Of a DNA stretch of 64,000 bases, positions 32,862 to 42,880 are shown in pieces (within the stretch, counting starts at the first letter, position 1; each line of letters begins with the position of its first letter). This DNA comes from an uncultured delta proteobacterium (lineage in GTDB: Bacteria > Desulfobacterota > Binatia > UBA9968): contig CAVUVW010000004.1 of assembly GCA_963745035.1 (NCBI GenBank), positions 1 to 64,000 on the forward strand, given 5' to 3'. The translations under genes were made by a program, and so were the position numbers. The notes below the pieces were generated by a model. It saw only the letters and a program-made list of their open reading frames with translations, made no database searches and had not been told where the DNA came from.

Positions 32862-33854
32862 ATGGCTACACAAGTACAACAAACTACTACGAGCAAAACG
32901 GTTCCGGTCACGGTTGAAAACTTCGCGCGCGCTGAGACCGATGCTTACTTCAAAAAATACGCGACTGGCCCAGGACGTGAATTGGGCAAAATCATGTTCC
33001 GCCGTGACGTGTCGCCGGTGGACGACCAGACCATCGTGCGCCAGAACCGCGACACACTTTACGGAGCTGCGGTCTTCGACCTCGATGCGGGTCCGGTGAC
33101 GATCACGCTTCCCGATCCCCGCGGGCGTTTTATGTCGATGCAGACCTGGAACGAGGATCAGCACACGCCGGGCGTCAAATACAACGCCGGGTCCTACAAG
33201 CTGACAAAAGAAGACGTGGGATCGCGTTACGTTCTTGCGGCTTTTCGGATTCTCGTCAATTCGAATGACCCCGCCGACGTTCAGAAAGGACGCGACCTGG
33301 AGGATGCAATAAAGGTCGATCAGCCGGGAGGCCCTGGAAAGTTCGAGATCCCGGAATGGGACACGGTGAGTCACAAGAAAGTGCGTGACGCGATTATGGT
33401 GCTGGCGGACACGGTTCCCGACTCGAACAGGATGTTCGGGATGCCGAACGAGGTAGACCCGATTCGATTCCTGTGCGGAACGGCCGCCTTATGGGGCGGC
33501 AACAAGCCCGAGGATGCTATCTATCTCAACGTTGTGCCCCAGAAAAATGATGGGAAGACGGTTCACAAGTTGACCGTAAAGGACGTTCCGGTCGACGGTT
33601 TCTGGTCGGTGATCGTGTACGACAAGACCGGTTACATTCCTCAGAACGACCGGAAGGTTTACTCATTCAACAATCTCACTGCGAAACCCGACGCCGACGG
33701 TTCGGTCACGATCCAGTTTGGCGGCTGCGGAGACGCGACCGGCAATTGTATTCCCATCGTGCCGGATTGGAATTACACCGTGCGTCTCTATCGTCCACGT
33801 AAAGAGATCCTCGACGGGACGTGGAAGTTTCCAGAAGCACAGCCGGTGAATTGA
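32862..33854 (+). CDS. DUF1254/DUF1214 domain protein
   Basis: VTVENFARAETD, RQNRDTLY, VPVDGFWSV, DGSVTIQFG, WNYTVRLYRP. Confidence 0.88.
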   Translation: MATQVQQTTTSKTVPVTVENFARAETDAYFKKYATGPGRELGKIMFRRDVSPVDDQTIVRQNRDTLYGAAVFDLDAGPVTITLPDPRGRFMSMQTWNEDQHTPGVKYNAGSYKLTKEDVGSRYVLAAFRILVNSNDPADVQKGRDLEDAIKVDQPGGPGKFEIPEWDTVSHKKVRDAIMVLADTVPDSNRMFGMPNEVDPIRFLCGTAALWGGNKPEDAIYLNVVPQKNDGKTVHKLTVKDVPVDGFWSVIVYDKTGYIPQNDRKVYSFNNLTAKPDADGSVTIQFGGCGDATGNCIPIVPDWNYTVRLYRPRKEILDGTWKFPEAQPVN

Positions 33855-34146
33855 TAGAATGGGAGCAAGACGGGATTTTGGTTGCAGCAAAAAAGATATT
33901 GCATGACAAACGGTGTGAGAATTGATTGATCCGGTGGATCACGGTAGTGAAGTGAGGTCTTCATTGCGCAGTGCTCTCCAATTGATATACAGATCGTCTA
34001 CAGTCGGACAAGGCGATCAATTACGCGTACGATTAGACATGGAGGAACAGGTGAGGTTGAGGTAGATACTTTAGTGCGGAGTCTGGCCGACGTACTTTTG
34101 GGCAATACTCAGCGGAATCAATCGCCTGATCACCGAATCTTTACTT

Positions 34147-34551
34147 ATGGGTGCACGAATCTCCTGGCTTGGGGTGCTTGTCCGTTTGGTCGGAGCGCTG
34201 GGCGTCGTGTTGCTGACGTATAACCCTACGGGGAACTCCTTTTACCACTGGGCTCTCCGCGATCTCGCCCATATCACGGCGGTGAAAGCATTAGCCGGGG
34301 CGCTCCTGCTGGTCGGATGGGTCATATGCATACGCGCGGCATTCGTATCACTTGGCCGCCTCGGGGTGGTACTGAGCGCGCTCGTGCTTGGCACTCTGGT
34401 ATGGGTGCTTACCGACTATGGCTTAGTCGATCCTGATCGGCCATCGCTGCTGTCGTGGATCGCGCTGATCGCAATCGGCATTATTCTGGGTATCGGTTTA
34501 TCGTGGTCGCTGTTGCGCGCGCGGGTTACCGGTCAAGTTGAGGTAGATTAA
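34147..34551 (+). CDS. Four-TM membrane protein (DUF6524-like)
   Basis: LTYNPTG.S.YHW and GLSWS...R.TGQV motifs; hydrophobic segments. Confidence 0.7.
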   Translation: MGARISWLGVLVRLVGALGVVLLTYNPTGNSFYHWALRDLAHITAVKALAGALLLVGWVICIRAAFVSLGRLGVVLSALVLGTLVWVLTDYGLVDPDRPSLLSWIALIAIGIILGIGLSWSLLRARVTGQVEVD

Positions 34552-35055
34552 GAGTTTCGACGGGCTTGCGAACACAACCGGCGAGAATCAATTTCAGATT
34601 TCAAAAGTGGTGCGTGCGAATCGAACATCGCGTTATGACGTCGCGCCACCAGCGCTGCCCCGCTCCCCGGGGGCTAGATGTTTGCTCGCAGGGGGGTGTT
34701 TGCAATAAACAATTGTCAACTGCATTAATCGTCGTGGCAGCGATGTAGGAGTGGTGGATTCCGGCATGAGCGCCATAAGCGAAAATCTGCGGGGCAATCA
34801 GAACGTTTTCGGCCGCGATTTGAGGCAGACCGTTCGCTGGTCGCATTTCCGGAATATTCTCGGGCTTGTTTTGTTCGTGGCGGCATGGCGATGCCGAGCA
34901 TCCGACCGAGTCGCGGCTGCGCCAGGCAAAACACCTGTGCCCATGGCCACGTTCTTACGATGGCCAGCGCGATCGCGTGACTTCCAAAACAAATCGGGGA
35001 TTAGTGAGCCTATCTTGAAACGGCGGGCTCCGGACAAGGTATTTAGCAGGCAAAA

Positions 35056-35070
35056 TCAGGAAACTCCTGA
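35056..35070. promoter_or_regulatory. Palindrome TCAGGA-AAC-TCCTGA, candidate NarL-family operator
   Basis: 12/15 match to the 11824 palindrome; intergenic, about 0.5 kb upstream of aqpZ. Confidence 0.45.
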
Positions 35071-35578
35071 TCTACAGCGTCAATATTATGTGGGACGCTC
35101 TTGAGCATTCTGCCGTAAAAGGCCAACGGGAAACGGAGCACTGGAAGATGACGAGAACAATGTTCCATAAGACGAAGAGAACCAAAAGAAGTACGCTCTC
35201 CTTCGATCGGGAACGCTGGCTGATCGACGGTGCATTGTGCGTCACAGTGTTGGAAGTAAGGACGCATGAGAAGAAGGGTGAAGAAGGCCCCACGCGACGC
35301 AGCGGAAAAATTCGACAAGGGAATCGAGCAAACGGAGCAGGCGATAGATAAAGCTATAGAAAGCATCAAGGAAAAAAAAGCGGCGAGCTGATGAAGGGAT
35401 GTACTGCTTAGGTTTCTCTGCGTATGAAACGCTCTTTGGCGCTATGAATCATCCGCCGCGCGCGAATCCGCAAGCGCTTTGATGCCTCTTTTGCAGAATA
35501 ACCGTGGCGAAGTAACGCCGCAACTGCGCATGGTGCATCGTGTCTTTCTAAACGAAGTTGGTAACCAAGGAGGGAATT

Positions 35579-36319
35579 ATGCCACTTTCTAATCGTCTTG
35601 CAGCGGAGTTCTTCGGAACGTTCTGGCTGGTTTTGGGAGGGTGCGGCAGTGCCGTGCTCGCCGCGGCATTTCCCAATGTCGGCATCGGACTCTTGGGTGT
35701 ATCACTGGCCTTTGGTCTGACCGTGCTGACGATGGCATACGGCATCGGTCACATCTCCGGATGCCACCTCAATCCGGCGGTGACCGTAGGTTTGGTCGTC
35801 GGCGGGCGCTTCAAGGCCGCCGATGCGCTTCCGTATATTCTTGCTCAGGTGATCGGGGCGGTCGTCGCGGCGATGCTGCTCTATCTTATTGCCAGCGGCA
35901 AAGAGGGATTCGATCTTGCGGGCGGGCTCGCGTCCAACGGCTACGACGCTCATTCTCCCGGAGGCTACTCGCTTGTGTCCGGCTTCGTTACCGAGTTGGT
36001 CATGACGTTTATGTTTTTGTTGATCATACTCGGAGCCACCGATGAACGCGCGCCAAAAGGGTTTGCGCCGCTCGCCATTGGCATGGCCCTGACGCTCATT
36101 CACTTGATCAGCATCCCCGTCACCAATACGTCGGTGAATCCAGCGCGGAGCACGGGCCCGGCGATCGTCGTCGGAAGCTGGGCGATCTCGCAGCTTTGGC
36201 TGTTTTGGGTCGCGCCGCTGATCGGCGCCGTATTGGCGGGAGTGAGTTATCGCGCGATCGCCGGCGAGGTTGCTGCCGGATCCGCTCCTCACAGCGCTGT
36301 GAAACCCGCGACGGTATGA
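35579..36319 (+). CDS. aqpZ: Aquaporin Z
   Basis: [51 protein letters not shown]; AGGAGG RBS. Confidence 0.95.
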   Translation: MPLSNRLAAEFFGTFWLVLGGCGSAVLAAAFPNVGIGLLGVSLAFGLTVLTMAYGIGHISGCHLNPAVTVGLVVGGRFKAADALPYILAQVIGAVVAAMLLYLIASGKEGFDLAGGLASNGYDAHSPGGYSLVSGFVTELVMTFMFLLIILGATDERAPKGFAPLAIGMALTLIHLISIPVTNTSVNPARSTGPAIVVGSWAISQLWLFWVAPLIGAVLAGVSYRAIAGEVAAGSAPHSAVKPATV

Positions 36320-36596
36320 GCCTTGGGCTCCGGTCTGTGCATCTTGATGGACGGGCGGGCATCCGCGTGATCGTAGGTGCGATACCGTTGCCAAAGAGAT
36401 CGATCACGAGCGGCATTGATCCTCAGCGGTCTTGTGTCGGGGCTTTGGCTTGGTCGTGTTGGCGTATCCCGAAGCGGGAGCGCTAGCTCTCGGCTGGGTA
36501 ATCGCGGCTTACGCTCTTGTTTTCCGAGACTTTGATGATTCGTCTGTCTTTTCATACTGAAAAGGCATCGCGTCGCGATTTCTTAGACGGAAAAGG

Positions 36597-37538
36597 ATGC
36601 CTTCGAGTACCGAACGACCGGCACTGACCCGGTTTGCCTGGCTTTCTGTGGGGGCGGCGGTCCTGACCATCGGCCTCAAGTTCGCCGCTTATCTGGTCAC
36701 GGACTCGGTGGGACTTCTTTCCGACGCGCTGGAATCGCTCGTCAATCTCGCGGCAGCACTGATGGCTCTCGCCATGCTCACGATCGCCGGCCGGGCTCCG
36801 GACGAGATGCACGCGTTCGGCTACAGCAAGGCCGAGTATTTTTCCAGCGGCGTCGAAGGCGCGCTCATCCTGATCGCCGCGGCGAGCATCCTCTGGGCCG
36901 CAATCCCGCGGCTCCTGTCGCCGCAGCCGGTGGAAAAAATCGGAGCCGGTGTAGTCGCCTCGATGGCCGCATCGGCGATCAATTTCGCCGTCGCGCGCCG
37001 TCTGCTCCAAGCAGGCAAAGAGCACCGGTCCATCACCCTGGAGGCTGATGCCCATCATCTCATGAGCGACGTATGGACGTCCGCCGGCATCCAGTTGGGC
37101 GTCGTTGCGGTGTATTTCACCGGTTGGAATCGGCTCGATCCGATCATCGCCATCGTCATTGCCGCGAACATCGTTCGCATCGGAGGACAGCTGCTGCGCC
37201 GCTCCGTGCTCGGATTGCTGGACCGGGCGCTGCCCGCGGCGGAGCAGGACGCGATCAAAGCAGCGCTGAGCCGATACGAGCGCGACGGGATTCGCTACCA
37301 CGCCCTGCGCACGCGCAGCGCCGGAGCGCGGTCGTTTATTTCTTTGCACGTGCTGGTGCCGGGAGACTGGTCGGTGCAGCGGGGCCATGACCTTCTAGAA
37401 AATGTGGAACGAGATCTACGAGAAGCAGTTCCGGGTTCGGCCGTCTTTACGCACCTCGAACCCATCGATGATCCCGCCGCCTGGGAGGATCAGGAGCTGG
37501 ATAGCACGCATGACACGATCGGCTCTAGAAAGATTTGA
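36597..37538 (+). CDS. Cation diffusion facilitator family transporter (FieF-like)
   Basis: [37 protein letters not shown]. Confidence 0.92.
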   Translation: MPSSTERPALTRFAWLSVGAAVLTIGLKFAAYLVTDSVGLLSDALESLVNLAAALMALAMLTIAGRAPDEMHAFGYSKAEYFSSGVEGALILIAAASILWAAIPRLLSPQPVEKIGAGVVASMAASAINFAVARRLLQAGKEHRSITLEADAHHLMSDVWTSAGIQLGVVAVYFTGWNRLDPIIAIVIAANIVRIGGQLLRRSVLGLLDRALPAAEQDAIKAALSRYERDGIRYHALRTRSAGARSFISLHVLVPGDWSVQRGHDLLENVERDLREAVPGSAVFTHLEPIDDPAAWEDQELDSTHDTIGSRKI

Positions 37539-38389
37539 GACAAAATTTACTGAGGCAATTATTTCGAGCATCGGCGACACTATCAGCGCGGCGTCTTCGG
37601 CTTCGCGCAGTTTATGAATCGCTGCGTCACCCATTGGCACTTCTATAAATTCACCCGCGAAGGGACCTTCGGCCGCCTCCGTCTTTTCAATTCCGGGTAG
37701 CCACGCGAGCAGCGCCGCGCGACTTTAAGGTTTTTCGAAATCTGGAATCAGGCGAACCCTGATGGCAATCCATCCGCCGCTCTGGCAAGTGCAAGACTGC
37801 GGGGACGGAATTGTAGGACCGCAAGCTTTCACAAGAGCGGGTCAATGGTGTCGGGCAGATTCAAATTCGCTATGACCCTGCGTATAGTTGCTCGTCGATA
37901 AGGCGATACCTACATGCCGGAGAAGAGGGAGAAGCGGACGTTTGGTAGATCCAAAGGTGAGTGGCGTCAGCGAGAATGAGCGCGGGCAAGCAGGATTTCT
38001 GGCGGCTCGTCCTTTGGCGCCCCTGTGTTTAGGGAATCGAAGCATGCAAGCCTCACTCTGCGAAGACATGAGGCGCACGAGCGTACCTTCAAGCCCTGGG
38101 TGAGGACGGTGGTGTCCTTGATCCCGCGTCCTTCTGGCCGTAATCTCTTCTTTCTAGAAACTGACCCCTCAGATTTAAATGCTTGGAATCTTGGCGGGAA
38201 ATCCATCACGTTAAGCTGAACGAGAACCTGTAAGAGCCGTTCGTTACACTGTACCGCTGCCTCACCATCAATTCCGATCGCTTCAAACCCTCCACTTTTT
38301 TATCGTAACTTCAGATCGCGCGGAGAATAACGTCGTTTCCGTCTGACTTGCTGGCGGAAAGCTGCGGCGGGGCGACAATTTTAGGGAGA

Positions 38390-38608
38390 CTAACGAGAGG
38401 CGGCGCGACGATTTGAGGCCGAAAGTCCGCCTTGAATCAGTACCAGATGACGGCCGGTATTCGTGCTTTTGCCCGCGGGAGCGTGGCCAGTATCAGGTTG
38501 CGCGGCGGTCGCGGCGATATCCTGATCCGAATGCAGCGAAGTAAGCGTCTCCGCACACAGATTAAGTATCTCAATCAGCGTGCCTGCGCTCCCGTTCGAT
38601 CGGCCCAT
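38390..38608 (-). CDS. Small hypothetical protein
   Basis: 72-aa ORF downstream of LysR on the same strand, with C-terminal LVLIQGG. Confidence 0.35.
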   Translation of the reverse strand: MGRSNGSAGTLIEILNLCAETLTSLHSDQDIAATAAQPDTGHAPAGKSTNTGRHLVLIQGGLSASNRRAASR

Positions 38609-38782
38609 GCTTTCAGGAGAGGCAAAATCCGTGCAAGAGCGTGGAGTCCGTTAAGGGAGTTTTTGAGCGCAATTGAGATAAGAAGCCGGGTGGCGGTGGC
38701 GGAAATGGCACGAAAAGTAACAAACGCGTTCGCAAGCTGTTGGTTTGCGGTCCGGCACCGCCGCCATTGATCTCGGCGGCAA

Positions 38783-39661
38783 TCAGCGCGAGGTGAAGCG
38801 AATAAACTCGATGAGGTTTTTCTCGGCAGAGCTGAGAGTCTTGGCGGGATTGTAAATGAGGCGCGCTTTCGGATGCGGAATCAGTTTTTCCAAGGCAACG
38901 GTGCGCAGCCTGCTGTTGTCCTCGGGTTCGACGCAGATGTCGTGAACGATGCCCAGGCCGACGGCATTGGCAACGTAGCGCTTCACTTCCATGCACGTGC
39001 TGGCTTCCATCTCTGTATGAAGAGTAAGATTCTTTTTTCGGAAAGCGCCGTCGATGATCGCGCGCGTAGTGGTGAACGATTGCATCAAGACCATCGGCTG
39101 CTGAGCGAGTTCTTTGAGTCCTACCTGTTTGGCGGTGAAGTTCACTCCCTGACGGGGAATCACCAACGTGAGTTTGGGAGTGATCAAGGGAATTTCTTTG
39201 AGATCGACAAAAGCATGGGGAAACAGACCCATGGCCAGGTCGGCGTCGCCGGATCGCACCATCGAGAGCGCGTCCGCATGGCTGCGCGCAAGAATGGTTA
39301 GCTTGATCGACGGATAGGCGGCGCGAAAGCGCGCCAGGCTCGGCAGATAAAAATAACGAAGGCAGGCGGGAGCAGCGAGGGCGATCGTTCCGCAAAAATC
39401 GTTGGCCCGGCTCTTTGCTTTGGCGCCGGCTTCATGGACACTATCCAAAATCTTCTTCGCGTCGAGGTAGAAGTTCGCACCTTTCGGCGTCAAGGCCAGT
39501 TTTCGTCCTTTGATTTCGAAGAGCTTCAGTCCGAGCTCCTGCTCGAGAGTTTTGATCTGCTGTGAAACCGCCGACGGAGTGAGAAAACAGCGCCGCGCGG
39601 CTTCCTTCAAAGTGCCGGATTGCACGATCTGGCAAAAGCTGTTGAGTTGGCGAAGCTCCAT
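38783..39661 (-). CDS. LysR family transcriptional regulator
   Basis: MELRQL..F...GTLKEAARRCFLTPSAVSQQIKTLEQELG..LF; divergent from the catabolic cluster. Confidence 0.95.
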   Translation of the reverse strand: MELRQLNSFCQIVQSGTLKEAARRCFLTPSAVSQQIKTLEQELGLKLFEIKGRKLALTPKGANFYLDAKKILDSVHEAGAKAKSRANDFCGTIALAAPACLRYFYLPSLARFRAAYPSIKLTILARSHADALSMVRSGDADLAMGLFPHAFVDLKEIPLITPKLTLVIPRQGVNFTAKQVGLKELAQQPMVLMQSFTTTRAIIDGAFRKKNLTLHTEMEASTCMEVKRYVANAVGLGIVHDICVEPEDNSRLRTVALEKLIPHPKARLIYNPAKTLSSAEKNLIEFIRFTSR

Positions 39662-39706
39662 GGTAATCGTTTAGAAAAACTACACTGACGATTAAATAAA
39701 TTAAGA

Positions 39707-39736
39707 TTGACACTGCTTCAAGACGGTCAGTAGTAT
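39707..39736 (+). promoter_or_regulatory. Sigma-70-type promoter of the catabolic cluster
   Basis: TTGACA-18 bp-TAGTAT, 33 bp before ATG 39770, preceded by an AT-rich LysR-type region (GTTTAG-AAAAA-CTACAC). Confidence 0.6.
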
Positions 39737-39769
39737 GGCCGCGCGTGAAGGAATCTTAAGCAGCGAAGA

Positions 39770-40981
39770 ATGAAAAAACACTCCGAAGTATTATTGGCCG
39801 ACTTGTGTCGCGTGGGCCGCGAAACTCCCGCAGGCCAATGGCTGCGCCGATATTGGCTCGCGGTCGGAACCACCCGGGAGCTTTACGACATTCCCCGAGC
39901 GGTCAAGGTTTTGGGCGAAGACTTGGTGCTGTTTCGCGACCCACAGGGCAAAATCGGCTTGTTGGGTCTTCGCTGCCCGCACCGCGGGGCTTCATTGGAA
40001 TACGGCGACATCGAAGCCGGCGGCTTGCGCTGTCCGTACCACGGCTGGCTGTTCGACGTGGGCGGGCGCTGTTTGGAGATGCCGGCCGAGGCGACCGACA
40101 GTAAGTTCCCTGAAAAGGTGAAGCACTTATCTTATCCGGTTCAGGAACTGGGCGGGCTGCTCTTCGCCTATCTTGGACCTGAGCCAACCGATCCCCCGCC
40201 CTTGCCCAAATACCGCGCGCTGGCCGATCCTGCCGGCCGGCGATCGTTGGAGGCGACGCGCGTCTACGATTACAACTGGTTCAACTTTATCGAAAACGGC
40301 GCCGACCCGGCGCATTTTTCGATCCTGCACCGCGCCGATCCGAACGATGGCACCTGGCGCAGCTGGTTTTTTAATTTCAAGGACATTCCGCCGTTCGACG
40401 CAGTCGAGACTTCCTACGGGATGAAAGTCGTGTCGCGCAAGCCGGGACCGACCGGCGACACCGAATACGTCGATGAAAAGAGTTTCGCGCTGCCGAGCAT
40501 TCTGCAGATCGGCGACACCGAGTTTACTCACTTCAAGCAGCCGCGCGAGGCGCTCACCGCCGGCTCGCACAACGCCCACTTCATGTTCGTCACGCCGAAC
40601 GACGATCACAGCTTTACGCTGTTCACGGTCAATCACTACACAGGCTCCGATCCGGAATTTTTCGAGAAACTGTCGCCGAGCCGCAAGGTCGAAGCCAAGG
40701 CCGAGAAGAAGAGCTATGACCGGCGCAAGTATTCGCCGTTTCGCGGCAACGTGCGCACAGAGGACATCGCATGCCAGGCGACTCAGCCGCTGCTCGATGA
40801 ACGTCGGGAGCAACTCGCAACTTCCGACAAGGGCGTGATTCTGATTCGAAAGATTATCCGGGGCGCGGTCGAGGCGGTGGAGAAGGGCGACGTCCCCAAA
40901 GGAATTCCCTCGCGCGGCGATGCGGAGAAGATGATCCGAATCGATTCGTTCACCGGTATCCGAGCAAAAGGAGGGAGCTGA
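39770..40981 (+). CDS. Rieske non-heme iron oxygenase alpha subunit (phthalate 4,5-dioxygenase/VanA-like group), paralog 1
   Basis: CPHRGASL...CPYHGW Rieske motif; ENGADPAHFSILH mononuclear Fe motif; EDI; LATSDKGV. Confidence 0.93.
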   Translation: MKKHSEVLLADLCRVGRETPAGQWLRRYWLAVGTTRELYDIPRAVKVLGEDLVLFRDPQGKIGLLGLRCPHRGASLEYGDIEAGGLRCPYHGWLFDVGGRCLEMPAEATDSKFPEKVKHLSYPVQELGGLLFAYLGPEPTDPPPLPKYRALADPAGRRSLEATRVYDYNWFNFIENGADPAHFSILHRADPNDGTWRSWFFNFKDIPPFDAVETSYGMKVVSRKPGPTGDTEYVDEKSFALPSILQIGDTEFTHFKQPREALTAGSHNAHFMFVTPNDDHSFTLFTVNHYTGSDPEFFEKLSPSRKVEAKAEKKSYDRRKYSPFRGNVRTEDIACQATQPLLDERREQLATSDKGVILIRKIIRGAVEAVEKGDVPKGIPSRGDAEKMIRIDSFTGIRAKGGS

Positions 40982-40982
40982 G

Positions 40983-41973
40983 TTGAAAGTTCGTTCGACG
41001 GTATCTCGCTGGTTAGTTGCGGTGATTCTGTCCGTTGCGTTGCGCGCCGGCGTTGTCGATGCCGCGCCGCTGCGCGTGGCGTACAGCGCCATCAGTGGCG
41101 CGATGTCGTCGCTCTGGGTGGCGCAGGAGGGCGGCTATTTGAAACGCGAAGGGCTCGATACCGAATTGCTTTACATCGGCGGTGGCTCGCTTCTGATCCA
41201 ATCGATGATCAGCGGCGACGTGCCGTTCGCCTACGGTCCGTCGGTGCCGGTGATCAACGCTTCGCTGCGCGGCGCGGATCTGGTGCTGATCGGCAACACC
41301 GGCAATTCTTTGGTCTTCTCGATCATGTCGCGGCCCGAGATCAAGCAGCCGGCGCAGCTCAAGGGCAAGAAAGTCGGCGTGACCCGCCTCGGCGGCTCCA
41401 CCGATTGGGCGCTGGACGCTGCCTTGAAACAGTGGGGGCTTGATCGGCGCGAGCTCACGGTCATTCAAACCGGCGGGATGCCGGAAGGGTTGGCCGGTCT
41501 TATCGCCGGCGCACTCGACGCCGTGGTGCTATCGCCGCCGAGCAACTTCCGCGCGGCAAAGTCCGGCATGCACGAGTTGGTCGACGTAGGGCAGTTGAAG
41601 ATCATCTTTCCCAACACGCCCTTATCCGCGTCCGAGTCCTTCATCAAATCGAACCGCGAAACCGTGCTCCGTTTCCTGCGTGGCTTCACTCAAGGTTTAC
41701 ATCGCCTGCGCACCGACAAAGAATTCAGCATGAAGGTTCTCTCCAAGTACACCAAGGTCACCGATGCCGAGACTTTGGGTCAGCTGCACCAGACTTACGG
41801 CGTACGCTACAGCGGCGACCGAATTCCTTACATCCGGGCGGAGGGCGTAGACGAAATTCTGAAGCGCACTCCTGGTAAGGAAGCGCGCGAAGCCAAGGTA
41901 GACAGCTTCATCGATAACAGTTTGTTGAAAGACCTAGAGCAGAGCGGCTGGTTCAAAAGTTTGGGACGCGTGA
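40983..41973 (+). CDS. NMT1/THI5/SsuA-type substrate-binding protein; true stop obscured by an indel near 41970
   Basis: Signal peptide, LRVAYSAISG, LKGKKVGVTRLGGSTD, FIDNS..L...G.F. Confidence 0.88.
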
Positions 41974-41975
41974 GC

Positions 41976-42855
41976 ATGCGGAGTCGTAGTCACCGGAGGC
42001 TCCGGACGATTGGGGCAATACGTCATTCGGGAGCTTTTCACTCATGCGCATGGAGTGCTGTCGTTGGACGTAGTCAAGCCGCGCGAATGCTTATGCCCGA
42101 CGGAGGTCGTCGATCTGCAAAAGTTCGAGGCCTTGGCGGCGCACTTCAAAGGCGCCGACGCGGTAGTGCATCTGGCGCGGATTCGCTTTCCGTACACCGA
42201 AACCGGCTTCGATCCGGCGAAGCAACAATGGCAGTTCAGCGATCCAGGCGGCGATGCCGACCGCTTCAAGCAAAACGTTGCGCTGACCAGCAACGTCCTG
42301 GCGGCGGCCGAGGCATGCGGCGTGGGGCGAGTCGTTTGCGGTTCGAGTTTGGCCGTGTACGGGTTGTATTATCCGACCAGACCGCAACTGCCGGATTATT
42401 TACCGGTGGATGAAGACCATCCGCGCCGCCCGCAAGACCCGTACGGTTTGACCAAGATCGTCGGCGAGCAGCTTTGCGATGCTTTGACCTGGAGAACCGG
42501 CGCGCAGGTCGCGAGCTTACGATTCGCCGGCGTCTACACCGAGGCGCACCGGTCCATGCTGCTCGAGCGGAGAGAAAATCCGCTCGTCCGCGGCACCGGC
42601 GCCCTGTGGAGCTACGTCGATGCGCGCGACGCAGCGCGCGCATGCCGGTTGGCTTTGGAAACGGACTTTGCCGGGCACCAGGCGTTCAATATTTGCGCAC
42701 CAATCAGTCTCTCGGACACTGAGACCGGGGAACTCGTCAGCCGGTATCTTTCTCAAGTCCGACGAATTCGCGATGGTCTGCAAGGTAACTGGTCAGGATA
42801 CGATACTAAGAAAGCGGCGGCGGTGTTCGGTTTCCGCGCGCTGCACGTTCTCTAA
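41976..42855 (+). CDS. NAD-dependent epimerase/dehydratase (extended SDR)
   Basis: With one indel after ATG 41976 the start reads MRVVVTGGSGRLGQ; VVHLA, SSLAVYG, PYGLTK (YxxxK), YVDARD. Confidence 0.88.
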
Positions 42856-42880
42856 AAACCGGAATCTCCCGATAGGAGGA

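Noticed and set aside
37842-38220. Intergenic region checked for tRNA/ncRNA or an integrase remnant (RGIKDTTVLTQGLKV on the minus strand)
   Set aside because: No cloverleaf/T-loop signature, and similarity to tyrosine recombinase box I is too weak to support.
40983-42413. 476-aa ORF as a binding protein with a long C-terminal extension
   Set aside because: Read-through from an indel near 41970; the extension overlaps the real SDR gene in another frame.
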